Shown here one piece after another: positions 24,701 through 33,840 of a DNA stretch of 64,000 nt. The stretch is taken from assembly GCA_963785305.1 (NCBI GenBank), contig CAWAUV010000008.1, forward strand, positions 800,001 to 864,000. Reading direction: 5' to 3'. Under the pieces are notes generated by a model. That model did not search any database. It was not told the origin of the DNA and saw only the letters and a list, made by a program, of their open reading frames with translations. This DNA comes from an uncultured Planctomycetaceae bacterium. GTDB taxonomy: Bacteria > Planctomycetota > Planctomycetia > Pirellulales > PALSA-1355. The translations under genes and the position numbers were made by a program. How positions within the stretch are numbered: position 1 is the stretch's first letter; every line of letters starts with the position of its first letter.

Positions 24701-25324
24701 TCGATCGCGGCCGTGCGGCTGGCCGAAATGGACATCAACATTTTCACGCAGGTCGGCTTCGTGGTGCTCATCGGGCTCGCGTGTAAAAACGCGATCTTGA
24801 TCGTCGAATACGCAAAAGCCCAGCACGAGTCGGGCAGCAGCCGCCATGACGCCACGGTCGATGCCTGCCGCTTGCGACTCCGCCCGATCGTGATGACCAG
24901 CTTCGCGTTTATTCTCGGTGTGGCGCCGCTGGTGGTTTCCGAGGGGGCCGGCGCCGAAATGCGTCGCGCGCTCGGCACCGCGGTATTCGGCGGCATGCTC
25001 GGGGTAACGCTGTTCGGAGTGTTCCTCACACCGGTGTTTTACTACGTGATCCAGTGGTTCGGCGATCTGCGCGCAGTCGGCGCCAGCGCCGCTTGCCGCT
25101 CGACGGCGACGCGCGCCCCCCGACGAACGAACACGAGGAGCCCGAGCCCTTGCCTTCCCGGCCGGCGCAAATCGGGTGAACACGCGCGCCACGATCGCGA
25201 ACACATCCCCCAACCGATCGGCCAAGCAGCGGCCGCCATGACCGCCAGCCCAGCGATCGGCGCCCCAGCGAAAACCCCCTCGCGATTAGCGACAAAAAAG
25301 CTCGTGGCCGGCGAGCCGGGGTGA
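21785..25324 (+). CDS. RND efflux permease 2 (HAE1/AcrB-like)
   Basis: GTG 21785 gives FSAFFINRPIFATVLS; GIVVDDAIVVVE, GLACKNAILIVEY, RLRPIVMTS. The exact 3' end is uncertain. Confidence 0.92.
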   Translation: MFSAFFINRPIFATVLSIVITLAGGILLFTLPVAQYPEITPPTVEVSATYPGANAQVVADTVAAPIEQQVNGVEGMLYMSSRSTNDGIYTLSVTFQSGVDLNMAQVLVQNRVSLAQPVLPALVQRRGVAVKKKSPSQLMIVNLFSPDHSRDNLYLSNYATIQLKDELARLPGVGDISYLGQRDYSMRLWLDPEKMASRNLTTSDITRAIEQQNTQVAAGQLGQPPTPPGQVFQLTMSTMGRLVDPAQFGEMIVKSDTNGRVVRVRDVARIELGAQGYDQTCTLDGQPSVALSIYQLPGSNALETAKAVRLKVEDLKRRFPAGVDYAIVYDTTPFITESIQEVFKSLRDAIILVAIVVLVFLQNWRSAIIPLVAVPVAIIGTFAVMASMNFSLNNLTLFGLVLAIGIVVDDAIVVVEAVEHHIDHGLSPRDATFKAMEQVSGPVVAVALVLAAVFGPCAFISGVTGQFFRQFALTIAVSTAISAFNSLTLSPALTALLLRPRDKGHAPPLPRVAFALAGAWLGFEYGHAWLEPLLGKMGMLAAPNTRVIVAGVAGAAIGWVAGWPLNLVLRLVFGLFNRGFDFSTTVYTRIVGMSLRVSVIVLLLYGGLLGLTYVGFTTTAKGFIPTQDKGYLIVNLQLPDSSSVERTQAAMRRLDEIATHTPGVAHTVAISGQSFLLGASAPNFGAMYVMLDEFHDRLAPGLGGEALARRLQEQFGREISEGLVNVFNAPPIDGLGAAGGFKIMIEDRGAGGLVALQNVADAVAAKSADDPLLTNVFTSFRAETPWLYLDIDRTAAKVMGVSMGELFNTLQVYLGSLYVNDFNLFGRTWQVNVQADETHRQTVENLQQLKIRNEYGNMTPLAAVATVRETVGPAMILRYNMYPAAPINAAPARGVSSGQAIERLQDIADRDLPWSMRFEWTELALLQLQTGNTAMYVFVLAVVLVFLVLAAQYESWSLPLAVILVVPMCLLCSIAAVRLAEMDINIFTQVGFVVLIGLACKNAILIVEYAKAQHESGSSRHDATVDACRLRLRPIVMTSFAFILGVAPLVVSEGAGAEMRRALGTAVFGGMLGVTLFGVFLTPVFYYVIQWFGDLRAVGASAACRSTATRAPRRTNTRSPSPCLPGRRKSGEHARHDREHIPQPIGQAAAAMTASPAIGAPAKTPSRLATKKLVAGEPG

Positions 25325-25412
25325 GTAGTGAACCTGACAAAAACAAGTCTTCGGCGGTTTGAATCAGCCGCCCAATGCCAGCATCCGACCCGCGGGAACC
25401 GATCCTCCGTTT

Positions 25413-27053
25413 CTAATGCGCCACCAGCCGGTCTTCGTCGGCTGGGTTCCAAGCGGCGGCCACGGGAACTCGGCCCGGAAGCAGCATCGTCGCAAACGTG
25501 CTGCGGAGCCAACTGTCCAGCGTGCGGGCAATCGTCGCTCGGCCCGCTTCGGTCCAAGTTCGGCTTTGATGCACGAACGGTTGCTCCGACGACTGCCGCA
25601 GCGAAGGCAGCAAATCAAGGGCGGGCCGCTTGTGCTGGGAGGCATACACCACGAGTCGTCGCTGCGGCAGATCGAGATCGATATCTTGCTTTCCACATCC
25701 CTGGCGACGGCACACGGCCTCGAGCAAGGCGCCATTGGTTTGCAGCGGGCTCGGAGTCACCACGAGCGCCAGCGGAATATTCTCCGCCCGACACTTCGCA
25801 TCGAGCGCGTCGAGACTGGCGAATAGCGATTTCCAGCGCGACTGCATCGCGGGATCGACCGGCTTGCGGCAAGCGATCAATTGCGGACCACACATGCGAA
25901 CATAATCTTCCCAGCGACTTGGCCGCGTCGCTGTTGATGATTGGCCCGCGGAAGTGCGAGCGATGGAGTCCGCGGGCATCTTGAGCGCGGCGGCTTCCGG
26001 GCGATCATCGGCGGCAAGACGCCAGTTTGTCCATCGAGCCACGACTCGGGCCGACGCGAGTCCGTCGCCGCCAAACGCGCCGCGCGGCGGCGCATCGCCC
26101 ACAAGATCGTCGGCCACCGAAATAAACACCAGCAACAGATCGGGGCGTTCGGCGCAAGCGCGAGGCAACCCTTCGCGCACATAGTCCGTCAGACGAGCGC
26201 CCGACGCCGCGATATGCACGATATCGAGCCCCGGCAGCGCGAATTCCACCGGCGCGAGTGAACCGCCCAACGCCGCCGACTCGAGGTGGCTCGCATTCGA
26301 ACTCGCGTCGCCGCTCCGCCCCGACATCCGATCTTCCACGCCGGTCGTCGACGACTCGCCAAGCACCGCCACCCGGAGCGTCGCGCGAGCGAAAGACAAA
26401 GACTTCGATCGGTCGATCGTCGGACCGCGCGATGGCGAATAGGTGACATGGAACCGTGGCCGCGGCGTGAAGAAATCGGGTCCCCACACCGCGCCGCACC
26501 ATCGCAAGCTACCTTCGATTCCCGCGACGATCATACAGCCATAAAACAAGGCCGCGCCAGCGCGGCGCGGACCGCGACGGTCGAGCCAGCGGCGAAGGCG
26601 ATCGCACAACAGCGGATCGGTCGCGAGCGGTAAGCTAATCAGCGCGCCCCAGCCGGCGCCGGCGGCCATGAGCAAGGGGCCCTCGGCGCCGGGTGCTGCA
26701 AACTGCGCGATCGTCATATAGGACAGCGTCATGCCCACGCAAAATGCCCGCAGCCAGCCCAGGAGCGAGACGCCTTGGCTCATCGCGACAGCATTTCGCG
26801 CCGGGCGAAGTCGCCATGCGATCCAGCCCAAGCTCGCGCTACAGAGCACGAGCGCGACAATCATCGACGCATGCGCGTCGTTCGTGGCGGGCGGCGAAGT
26901 GGAACTCGTTCCGCGGCGCCAAAGCTCCCAAAGGGAGTAACTCGCTCCGGCCATGGCCCAGAGAGCGAAGGCGCCCGCGAGGCGCCATTCAGAGAGCGGC
27001 GATTGCCGCGAAAAACGATCCGACGAATCGAGCCGCAACTCGGATGCACGCAT
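25413..27053 (-). CDS. Membrane protein with degenerate SGNH/GDSL-like domain
   Basis: Several N-terminal TM helices, then RVAVLGESST, PDLLLVFISVADD, LDLLPSL...WTEAG. Catalytic motifs are non-canonical. Confidence 0.55.
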   Translation of the reverse strand: MRASELRLDSSDRFSRQSPLSEWRLAGAFALWAMAGASYSLWELWRRGTSSTSPPATNDAHASMIVALVLCSASLGWIAWRLRPARNAVAMSQGVSLLGWLRAFCVGMTLSYMTIAQFAAPGAEGPLLMAAGAGWGALISLPLATDPLLCDRLRRWLDRRGPRRAGAALFYGCMIVAGIEGSLRWCGAVWGPDFFTPRPRFHVTYSPSRGPTIDRSKSLSFARATLRVAVLGESSTTGVEDRMSGRSGDASSNASHLESAALGGSLAPVEFALPGLDIVHIAASGARLTDYVREGLPRACAERPDLLLVFISVADDLVGDAPPRGAFGGDGLASARVVARWTNWRLAADDRPEAAALKMPADSIARTSAGQSSTATRPSRWEDYVRMCGPQLIACRKPVDPAMQSRWKSLFASLDALDAKCRAENIPLALVVTPSPLQTNGALLEAVCRRQGCGKQDIDLDLPQRRLVVYASQHKRPALDLLPSLRQSSEQPFVHQSRTWTEAGRATIARTLDSWLRSTFATMLLPGRVPVAAAWNPADEDRLVAH

Positions 27054-27893
27054 CGGGTCCTCCTTGCCTGTGTTTCGACAACTCGAGGGCCATTCGCCCG
27101 CGACGGTCAATTCAACGAGGTAGATTCAAGGGCTATGGACACTCGGGTCTGTCGCACGGTCATTCACGAATCGTTCATGCATGACATACAACACACGGTC
27201 ATTCGTCTTGCTTCATTCGAAGCGTCGTGGATCGATAGTATTCTCCAAGGTTCGCGAACTCGGCGCCGCATCCGATGGCGCACATTGCAGCCTATCGAGC
27301 CGAGCGGGCGATAATTGTAGCTCCAAAGCCGACTGGTGTCGGCATCGAGTTTTCAGTAAGCGGAGTTGCCAAATGTAAAGTGGCCCCAAACCACACAGCT
27401 CAACAGCGATAACCGTCGGCGCCGATTGATCCGACGGCGGGGCGACCAGATTACCAAACCGCGCACAAGCGAAAACTTTGCCACTCGGTCGCGGAATGCC
27501 GTTGGATCGCGAGGGAAGCCATCGTTGGTCATGCTGGCGCCGTGCTAGTTATTGTCAGGTATTTGGCTGCCTCGACAGCGAGCAAGGTTTGCTTTGAAAC
27601 GCATCATTTCGCCGACGAAACATGTTCTTTCAAAGACAAAACAGTCCAAAGCAATCAATGTGCCAATTCCACAAATGCCCAAAGACACCTGCTCATCCCT
27701 GCAGGACACGCCGCGTCGAGCCCAGACGAGCCTGGGTTCGGCCCTCGATAATGCGTGCATTGCCCAGCGATTGGGCTCGATGATCCGACGTAATAACCAA
27801 ATCGTGCGGCCGCCCGCGGCCGGGACGGGAAGCGTCGGCGCCGAACGGTCCGCGATCATGTCGCTGGGCGACGAACCAACCATGCTAGCGGGG

Positions 27894-28765
27894 TTACTTC
27901 GGCAGAGGCGCCGCTTTGAGCACGGCGCAGGTGGCCGTTGATTTGTTGAGCACATAGAAGTGCAAACCCGGCACGCCCGCCGCGATGAGCTCGCGAGTTT
28001 GGCGGCGCAATACTCGACCCCGGCGGCGAACTGAGCTTCGGCGTCGTTGCCCGCCGCGACCAGCGGATCGAGCAGCGCTAGCGGTAATCGGGCCCCGCAC
28101 ATGCTGGAGATGCGTTGCACTTGGGCCAAGTTCGTGATCGGCAAGATGCCCGGCACGATCGGCGCCTTGATGCCCAGGGCCTCGGAGCGCTCGCGAAAGC
28201 GAAAAAAGTCTTGGTTGTCGTAGAACAACTGGGTGATGATCACATCCCCGCCGGCCGAGACTTTGGTTCGCAGGTTTTTCAGATCGGCCTCGGGGCTCGC
28301 GGCCTCGCGATGCGTTTCGGGATAGCCGGCCACGGCGATCGCGAACTCGGGGAACTCGCCCCGCACAAGAGCCACGAGTTCGCTGGCATAAGCCAGCCCC
28401 CCATCCACCGGGCGGAAACTCGTTTCGCCCCGCGGCGGATCGCCCCGCAGCGCGACGATCATCTCCACTTCTCGACGCCGCGCTTCGTTCAAATAGGCGC
28501 GAAGCTCGTCGCGCGTCGAGCCGACACAAGTCAAATGCGACGCCACCGGCACTCCATGTCGGGCGCGAGTTTCCGACACAATGTCGAGCGTCTTTTCGCG
28601 CGTCGAGCCGCCAGCGCCATAGGTGCATGTGATGAAGTCGGGCGCGAACTTCACCAACTCGTCGAGATGGCGGAAGAGGTCTTCCCGGGCGCTGGCCGAC
28701 TTGGGCGGAAAGAGCTCGAACGACAGCCCAAATTTATCGGGGCCGTAGATGGACGAAAGATTCAT
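27894..28765 (-). CDS. metF: Methylenetetrahydrofolate reductase (frameshift near 28005)
   Basis: LSFELFPPK, CTYGAGGST, SHLTC, ALRGDPP, VAGYPETH, ITQLFYD, PGILPI; C-terminal GLHFYVLNK is in the frame ending at 27894. Confidence 0.95.
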
Positions 28766-28815
28766 GAGTTTCGTTTTTTCGCGGCGCTCGGCCGCGGCTC
28801 GAGGGCATGCGGCGG

Positions 28816-29919
28816 TCATCCGCAAGGAATCGTCACTCGCTCGCCGCCGCGCATCGCCGATTGATGCGCGCAAATACCGGTCAGGGTCCAGTTCGCGCTC
28901 GTGGCGGCGTCGGGCAGCGGCGACCGTCCTTCGACGATCGACATCACGAATTCATGGGCCAAGTGCGGGTGCGAGCCGCCGTGGCCGCTGCCTTGCAAGA
29001 ACGACAAATGCCGTGTTTGATCGCCATCGTACACGCCCTTGGTCGTAAAGCGGCGAATGCCCTCGGGCAGCCGGTCGGCGAAGTCGGGCACGGTCACCCG
29101 CTCCGGCGTCTCGCCGTGATGCAGCACTACCGGCTCATGTTCGACGCGCGGCCACTCGAACGAAGTCTTCTCGGCGTACACATCGAAACTTTCAATATAT
29201 TGCCGAGCCGTGTTGAACAAACTGCGCGTGACTTCGGCCGCCAGATCCGAATCGCGGAGCTTGATCGTGGCGGTCTCGACGGCGAAGGGCGAGCCGTATT
29301 TCTTTTGCAGCGCCGGATCGATCCGGCCCGATCCGTGGCACACGACGCTCTCGGCCAGGGCGCCGGCCAAACACAAGCAGGGGCTCACGCAGTGCGTGGC
29401 GTAGTGCATCGGCGGCAGGCCCTCCCAGTATCCGGGCCAGCCGCCCATTTCCTGCTGATGGCTGCCGCGCAAAAACTGGAGCCGGCCCATCTGGCCCGAC
29501 TCGTAAAGCTGTTTGACGAATAGGAACTCGCGGCTATAGACCACGGTTTCCATCATCATGTAGTTCTTGCCGCTCGCCTTTTGGGCCGCGACGATCGCCA
29601 AGCATTCGTCGGCCGTGGTGGCCATGGGCACCGTGCAGGCGACATGCTTGCCGGCCTCGAGGGCCGCGAGGCTCTGCGCCGCATGGTCGGGAATCGGGGT
29701 GTTGATATGCACGGCGTCGATCTCCGGATCGGCGAGCACATCTTCATAGCGGCTATATCGCTTGGCCACGCCAAAAGCGTTGCCCAGCAACTCGAGTTTA
29801 TCGGCCGAGCGCTGACAAATGGCGGCGAGCTCGGCGTGGGGATGGTTTTGATAGATCGGCATGAACTCGGCGCCGAAGCCGAGCCCGATAACGGCGACGC
29901 GAACCTTGCTGCGAGCCAT
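28816..29919 (-). CDS. Gfo/Idh/MocA family oxidoreductase
   Basis: VAVIGLGFG, DPEIDAVHINTP, AGKHVACTVP, GHGGSHPHL. Confidence 0.92.
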   Translation of the reverse strand: MARSKVRVAVIGLGFGAEFMPIYQNHPHAELAAICQRSADKLELLGNAFGVAKRYSRYEDVLADPEIDAVHINTPIPDHAAQSLAALEAGKHVACTVPMATTADECLAIVAAQKASGKNYMMMETVVYSREFLFVKQLYESGQMGRLQFLRGSHQQEMGGWPGYWEGLPPMHYATHCVSPCLCLAGALAESVVCHGSGRIDPALQKKYGSPFAVETATIKLRDSDLAAEVTRSLFNTARQYIESFDVYAEKTSFEWPRVEHEPVVLHHGETPERVTVPDFADRLPEGIRRFTTKGVYDGDQTRHLSFLQGSGHGGSHPHLAHEFVMSIVEGRSPLPDAATSANWTLTGICAHQSAMRGGERVTIPCG

Positions 29920-30340
29920 GAGACGATTTTCCCTGGGGCGAGGGGGCAAGCGAATCAGGAAACGACTTTACGTCGATTCCCTCGCGGGGGCGCCAATGGG
30001 CTGAAACCATCTTCCCGCCAAGCTTGGCCATGCTAATAGCTCGCCGCACAAGCGTCAAGCAAGCGCATAATCGCGCGAGAAAGGATCTCCTCGACGAACT
30101 TTTAGAGAGGCCCATCGCCGCCAAAGTTCTCTTTCACGTCCTCGATGGCCGGCGGCGGATGATGTTCATCGTCGGGTCATGGCGATCACGTCTTCCGAAA
30201 CGATCAAACCGCTGTTGGCGTCGACGAGCGCCAAGTGCGTGTGGTTCGGCGCGAAACCGCCCTCTTTATCCCGCGGAGAATCGCGATGGTCCAACGAACC
30301 GTTTATACGCCGTTCCGTGTCGATGACTGTCGCCCGGCGG

Positions 30341-31231
30341 CTACATCAAGCGCCAATCGCCGCTGGCAACCACATAGATGCCCAAGAGCAAGTTCGTCGT
30401 CGCGTGCGCCACCACGCAGTCCCAGATATTGCGAGTGCGGACCATCAGCCAAGTGATGCCCGAAAACCAGACCAGCGCCGCTAGCATTTCGCCCGGATGC
30501 GTGAGCAGCGGAAACACGGTGAGACCCACAAGCGCCGCCGCGTTTACGTGACCAAACGGAACCGACCACCAGTTCGGATGCACAATGAGCCGGGCCAGAA
30601 AGCCGCGGAGAAAAAACTCCTCGATCACCGGCGCCACGATCACGAGCCCGGTGAACCGCAGCAAGAGAAACGCCCCCGCCCATGCCGGATGGCCGGCCAG
30701 TTCGGCCAGCGGATTGTAGGCGCCGCGCACGCCGAAATCGGCCCAGTCGGCAAGCCCCGCCCATGCGAGCAAACTCGATTCGAGCCGCAAGCGGCAGAGT
30801 CCGATCCAGACGACGGCGCCAAGCGCTCCGACCAGCACGGCCCAGCGGCCGAGCCGCCAGCGAAACGATCGATACATGGGCCACGCCGCCGCCATCGCCC
30901 CGAACGTCAGCGCGATCTTCACCAAGTACACGAGCGGATACCAGCGATATTCGATCGCCGTGAGGTTCGCCCAAGCCGGCTTCGGCGGCGGGGCCGGGAC
31001 ATGTTCCTCGGCGGCTGGTTCCTCGCTTTCCACGGCGGCCGAGGCGGCGTGTGGCGCGGGCGTCGGCTCGAGCGACCCGACCACCATGAACACAGCCAGC
31101 GGGGCCACATAGGGCCACCACCGCCAAGCGAGCGGCGGCGCGGCTTGCTTTGAAACGGGTTCGCTTTCCGCGGTCATGCGCGGCGCGGCGGCGCCAGACT
31201 CCGAGACAACGGGGCGATTGCTGTCATCCAT
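30341..31231 (-). CDS. CPBP family (CAAX prenyl protease-like) intramembrane metalloprotease
   Basis: PVIEEFFLRGF, AHATTN, multiple TM helices. Confidence 0.88.
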   Translation of the reverse strand: MDDSNRPVVSESGAAAPRMTAESEPVSKQAAPPLAWRWWPYVAPLAVFMVVGSLEPTPAPHAASAAVESEEPAAEEHVPAPPPKPAWANLTAIEYRWYPLVYLVKIALTFGAMAAAWPMYRSFRWRLGRWAVLVGALGAVVWIGLCRLRLESSLLAWAGLADWADFGVRGAYNPLAELAGHPAWAGAFLLLRFTGLVIVAPVIEEFFLRGFLARLIVHPNWWSVPFGHVNAAALVGLTVFPLLTHPGEMLAALVWFSGITWLMVRTRNIWDCVVAHATTNLLLGIYVVASGDWRLM

Positions 31232-31241
31232 CTGTCGGTTT

Positions 31242-33422
31242 TCAATCGCCAAATTCGCGCCGCGATTCACGCTTTTGAAGCGTCGACGGATAGCGAGCCC
31301 CCAACCGGTCGTGCGCTTGGCTCTTCGCCCATTCGATCGCCACGCCGGCCACGACCAATGCCACCGGCGAAGACAAGGTCAGCGACGAATTCTCCGCGGA
31401 GGCCGGCGCAGGCGCGACTAGGATCGCCGGCTCGTCGAAGTCGAGCTCGACCGAAGACCACACCGCGTCGACCACCGCGGGCGAGAGCGATCCCGCGGGG
31501 ATGCCGGCCGCGGCATGCAGAACGCTTTGATTCAGCGCGGCCGCGCGGATATCGCCCAAGGTCGCCGCGAGATCGCTCCGAACACGGTCGCTCGAAGCGA
31601 GCTCGCGCGACGAGGCCAAGTCGCTGGTGTTCGAAGTCGCGCCGACATTGAAGGTCAGGTCGCGGCTTTCGGCGAGCGAACTCGAATCGCTCGCCGCGTT
31701 CGTCTCGGCGAAATCCGAGTTTTGATCGCCGAAGGCGATCATTCGCGAAGGGGCGGTCGAGCTGGTGTCCGGCGCGCTCGCGCCTGCCGCGGCGCTCGAA
31801 GTATTATCGGTCGCCAGCACACCGGTCGGCTGAATTCCAACCAAGGCGGTCGAAGACGTGGCCGCGGCCGGTCCGGCGGAATTATCCTCCGAAGCCAGGA
31901 CCGTCGTGACAAAGGCGTCGACAACCGCCGCGACCGATGCGGTTGTGGTCGACGAGCCGATGTCGTCCATGCGGCCGCCAAAGCCGAAGAAGCCGCTGAA
32001 TCCGCCGAAACCGCTGAAGGGATTATGGAATCCACCAAAACCCCCGCCAAATCCGCCGCCATGGTTTCCACCGGATGAGCCGCCACCGGAAGATCCGCCA
32101 CCGGTTGAACCACTGCCCGAACTTCCCGAGCCGCTCGAGCCCGAGGAGCCCGAACCGGAACTGGTCGAGCCGCTGGTGTAGCTCACCAAGCCAGGAATCA
32201 GCAGGTTGGCGATCGGCGTGCCCAGGCCGGTGACTTCGTTGTAGCCGGCAGTGGCGCTGTAACCGCCATTGGAGCCGCTCGTGATTTCGTGGAAGTCGCT
32301 CGAGGGCAAGCTGTAGAGCGCGGCCTGTGCGCCATTGAGCGTCGAGCCGCCATCGGCCACGCGGCCTTGATCGGCGATGGCGACGATTGCCGCCCACTGC
32401 GGCGCCGCGTCGCTGGTCCCACCCACTTCGAACCAGCCGCTCTGACCGCCGGTCGCCAAGCTATCGTACACCGCGAAGCCGGTGTTCGGGTTTGCGTCGT
32501 ACGACACATCGGGCGAGGTCCGCTTGCCGGTCGACTGCACGCCGGCTTGGTAGCTGGGTTCGGCTTCGAAAAGGCTTGTGCCGCCGCCCGAGTCGCTCCA
32601 CGCCGTTTGGCTGGCAATGGTGTTCGACGTGGTGAGATTAAGTGTCGTTCCGCCGGCGGCAAGCACATTGCCGGAGAGCGCGGGCCAAATGCCCGGCGAG
32701 CCCGAATCGCCCGAGGCGCCGACGAATGTGATGCCCTGATGGCCGGCCGGCGTGGTGAAATAGGAGTCGTACGAGGTTTCGCCGTTGAATTCGCTCATAC
32801 CCCAACTCATCGACACCACGCTCACGCTCGACACCGTCGTGGCATATTGCACGGCCGAAAGCAGATCGGTCAGGTTGTCGGAGTTGGCCTCGACCAGCAG
32901 GATATTGGCGTCGGGCGCGATCGCGTGGGCCCATTCCACGTCGAGCGAGATTTCCAGGTCCCAGCTTGCATTGGTCGCCGGCAGCGTTTTGCCGCCGCTT
33001 TGATTGACTACCGTGAGATTCGCGGCCGGCAGGCCCATTTGCGTGTCGAACTTCGCCAAATCGGAGGCAATGTTCGGATCGTTGTAGGAGTCGATGATCG
33101 CGATCGTCTGACCGGCGCCATTGGCCGCCACGGTCGAGCCGCTCGAGGTCTTGAAGGCCGAGAGACTGCTAAACCCGTAGGCGGTGCTGATTTGGCTGGC
33201 CGTCAGGCCGACGACGTTCGTGTTGTTCACGGTCTCGACCTGCACTTCGGGCGAGGCCGTAGCCGAGAGAAGATTGCGCAGCTCGAGCGATTCGCAGCCG
33301 AGTGTTGTGTGATACCACGAACTGTCGCGATTCACGCGCCGGGAACTGAACTGTCCCGAGCCGAGCCGATTCTTACGTGCCGAAAAACGCCGTTCGATAC
33401 TCGATTGCCTGGGCACGCGCAT
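31242..33422 (-). CDS. S53 family (sedolisin/kumamolisin-like) peptidase with low-complexity C-terminal half
   Basis: GAGQTIAIID, EISLDVEWAHAIAP, SMSWG, SGDSG, PDVSYDA, GGTSDAAP, VTGLGTP. N-terminal ESLELRNLLS motif. Confidence 0.9.
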   Translation of the reverse strand: MRVPRQSSIERRFSARKNRLGSGQFSSRRVNRDSSWYHTTLGCESLELRNLLSATASPEVQVETVNNTNVVGLTASQISTAYGFSSLSAFKTSSGSTVAANGAGQTIAIIDSYNDPNIASDLAKFDTQMGLPAANLTVVNQSGGKTLPATNASWDLEISLDVEWAHAIAPDANILLVEANSDNLTDLLSAVQYATTVSSVSVVSMSWGMSEFNGETSYDSYFTTPAGHQGITFVGASGDSGSPGIWPALSGNVLAAGGTTLNLTTSNTIASQTAWSDSGGGTSLFEAEPSYQAGVQSTGKRTSPDVSYDANPNTGFAVYDSLATGGQSGWFEVGGTSDAAPQWAAIVAIADQGRVADGGSTLNGAQAALYSLPSSDFHEITSGSNGGYSATAGYNEVTGLGTPIANLLIPGLVSYTSGSTSSGSGSSGSSGSGSSGSGSTGGGSSGGGSSGGNHGGGFGGGFGGFHNPFSGFGGFSGFFGFGGRMDDIGSSTTTASVAAVVDAFVTTVLASEDNSAGPAAATSSTALVGIQPTGVLATDNTSSAAAGASAPDTSSTAPSRMIAFGDQNSDFAETNAASDSSSLAESRDLTFNVGATSNTSDLASSRELASSDRVRSDLAATLGDIRAAALNQSVLHAAAGIPAGSLSPAVVDAVWSSVELDFDEPAILVAPAPASAENSSLTLSSPVALVVAGVAIEWAKSQAHDRLGARYPSTLQKRESRREFGD

Positions 33423-33840
33423 CGTGCCTCCTCCAAGAAAAACAGATCGGGGGTGGCCAAATCCTCGGCTCGCTGCAAGGACCGGCTGGGAAAGGATCGT
33501 GTTTTTCGGGATGGGTTCCAACATCCCGATCGTAACGAATGTTCCGGTGTTCGTCGCGATATCTGGAAAAGCAGCCTGCCCTGCGGAGGATAAGCGGCCG
33601 TTTCCCGCCCGAGACGGGGCGATCACTGACGTAAAGCCATCGCAAACAACGACTTGCATCGCTCGGTCATGCGGATTTTTCCGCCAAAAAGCATCTCGCC
33701 ACGGTGGGCTAGGGGTCGAACGACCTTTTCATGAGACCGTGCTTCCGCGCGGCGAGACCTTCGCATTTTGCTCGGGGTTGTAAAAAACGTCAAGCCAGGG
33801 GATCAATTATTTTCGTTGACCCGGCCTCGCGATTCGGCAA

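Noticed and set aside
21359..25324. Apparent 1321-aa RND fusion ORF
   Set aside because: The first ~140 codons are the frameshifted C-terminus of permease 1. Permease 2 has its own typical N-terminus at GTG 21785.
27110..27890. Genes in the lower-GC gap between the SGNH-like gene and metF
   Set aside because: The short ORFs have no recognisable motifs, and the tail of ORF 27545..28873 is frameshift run-on from metF.
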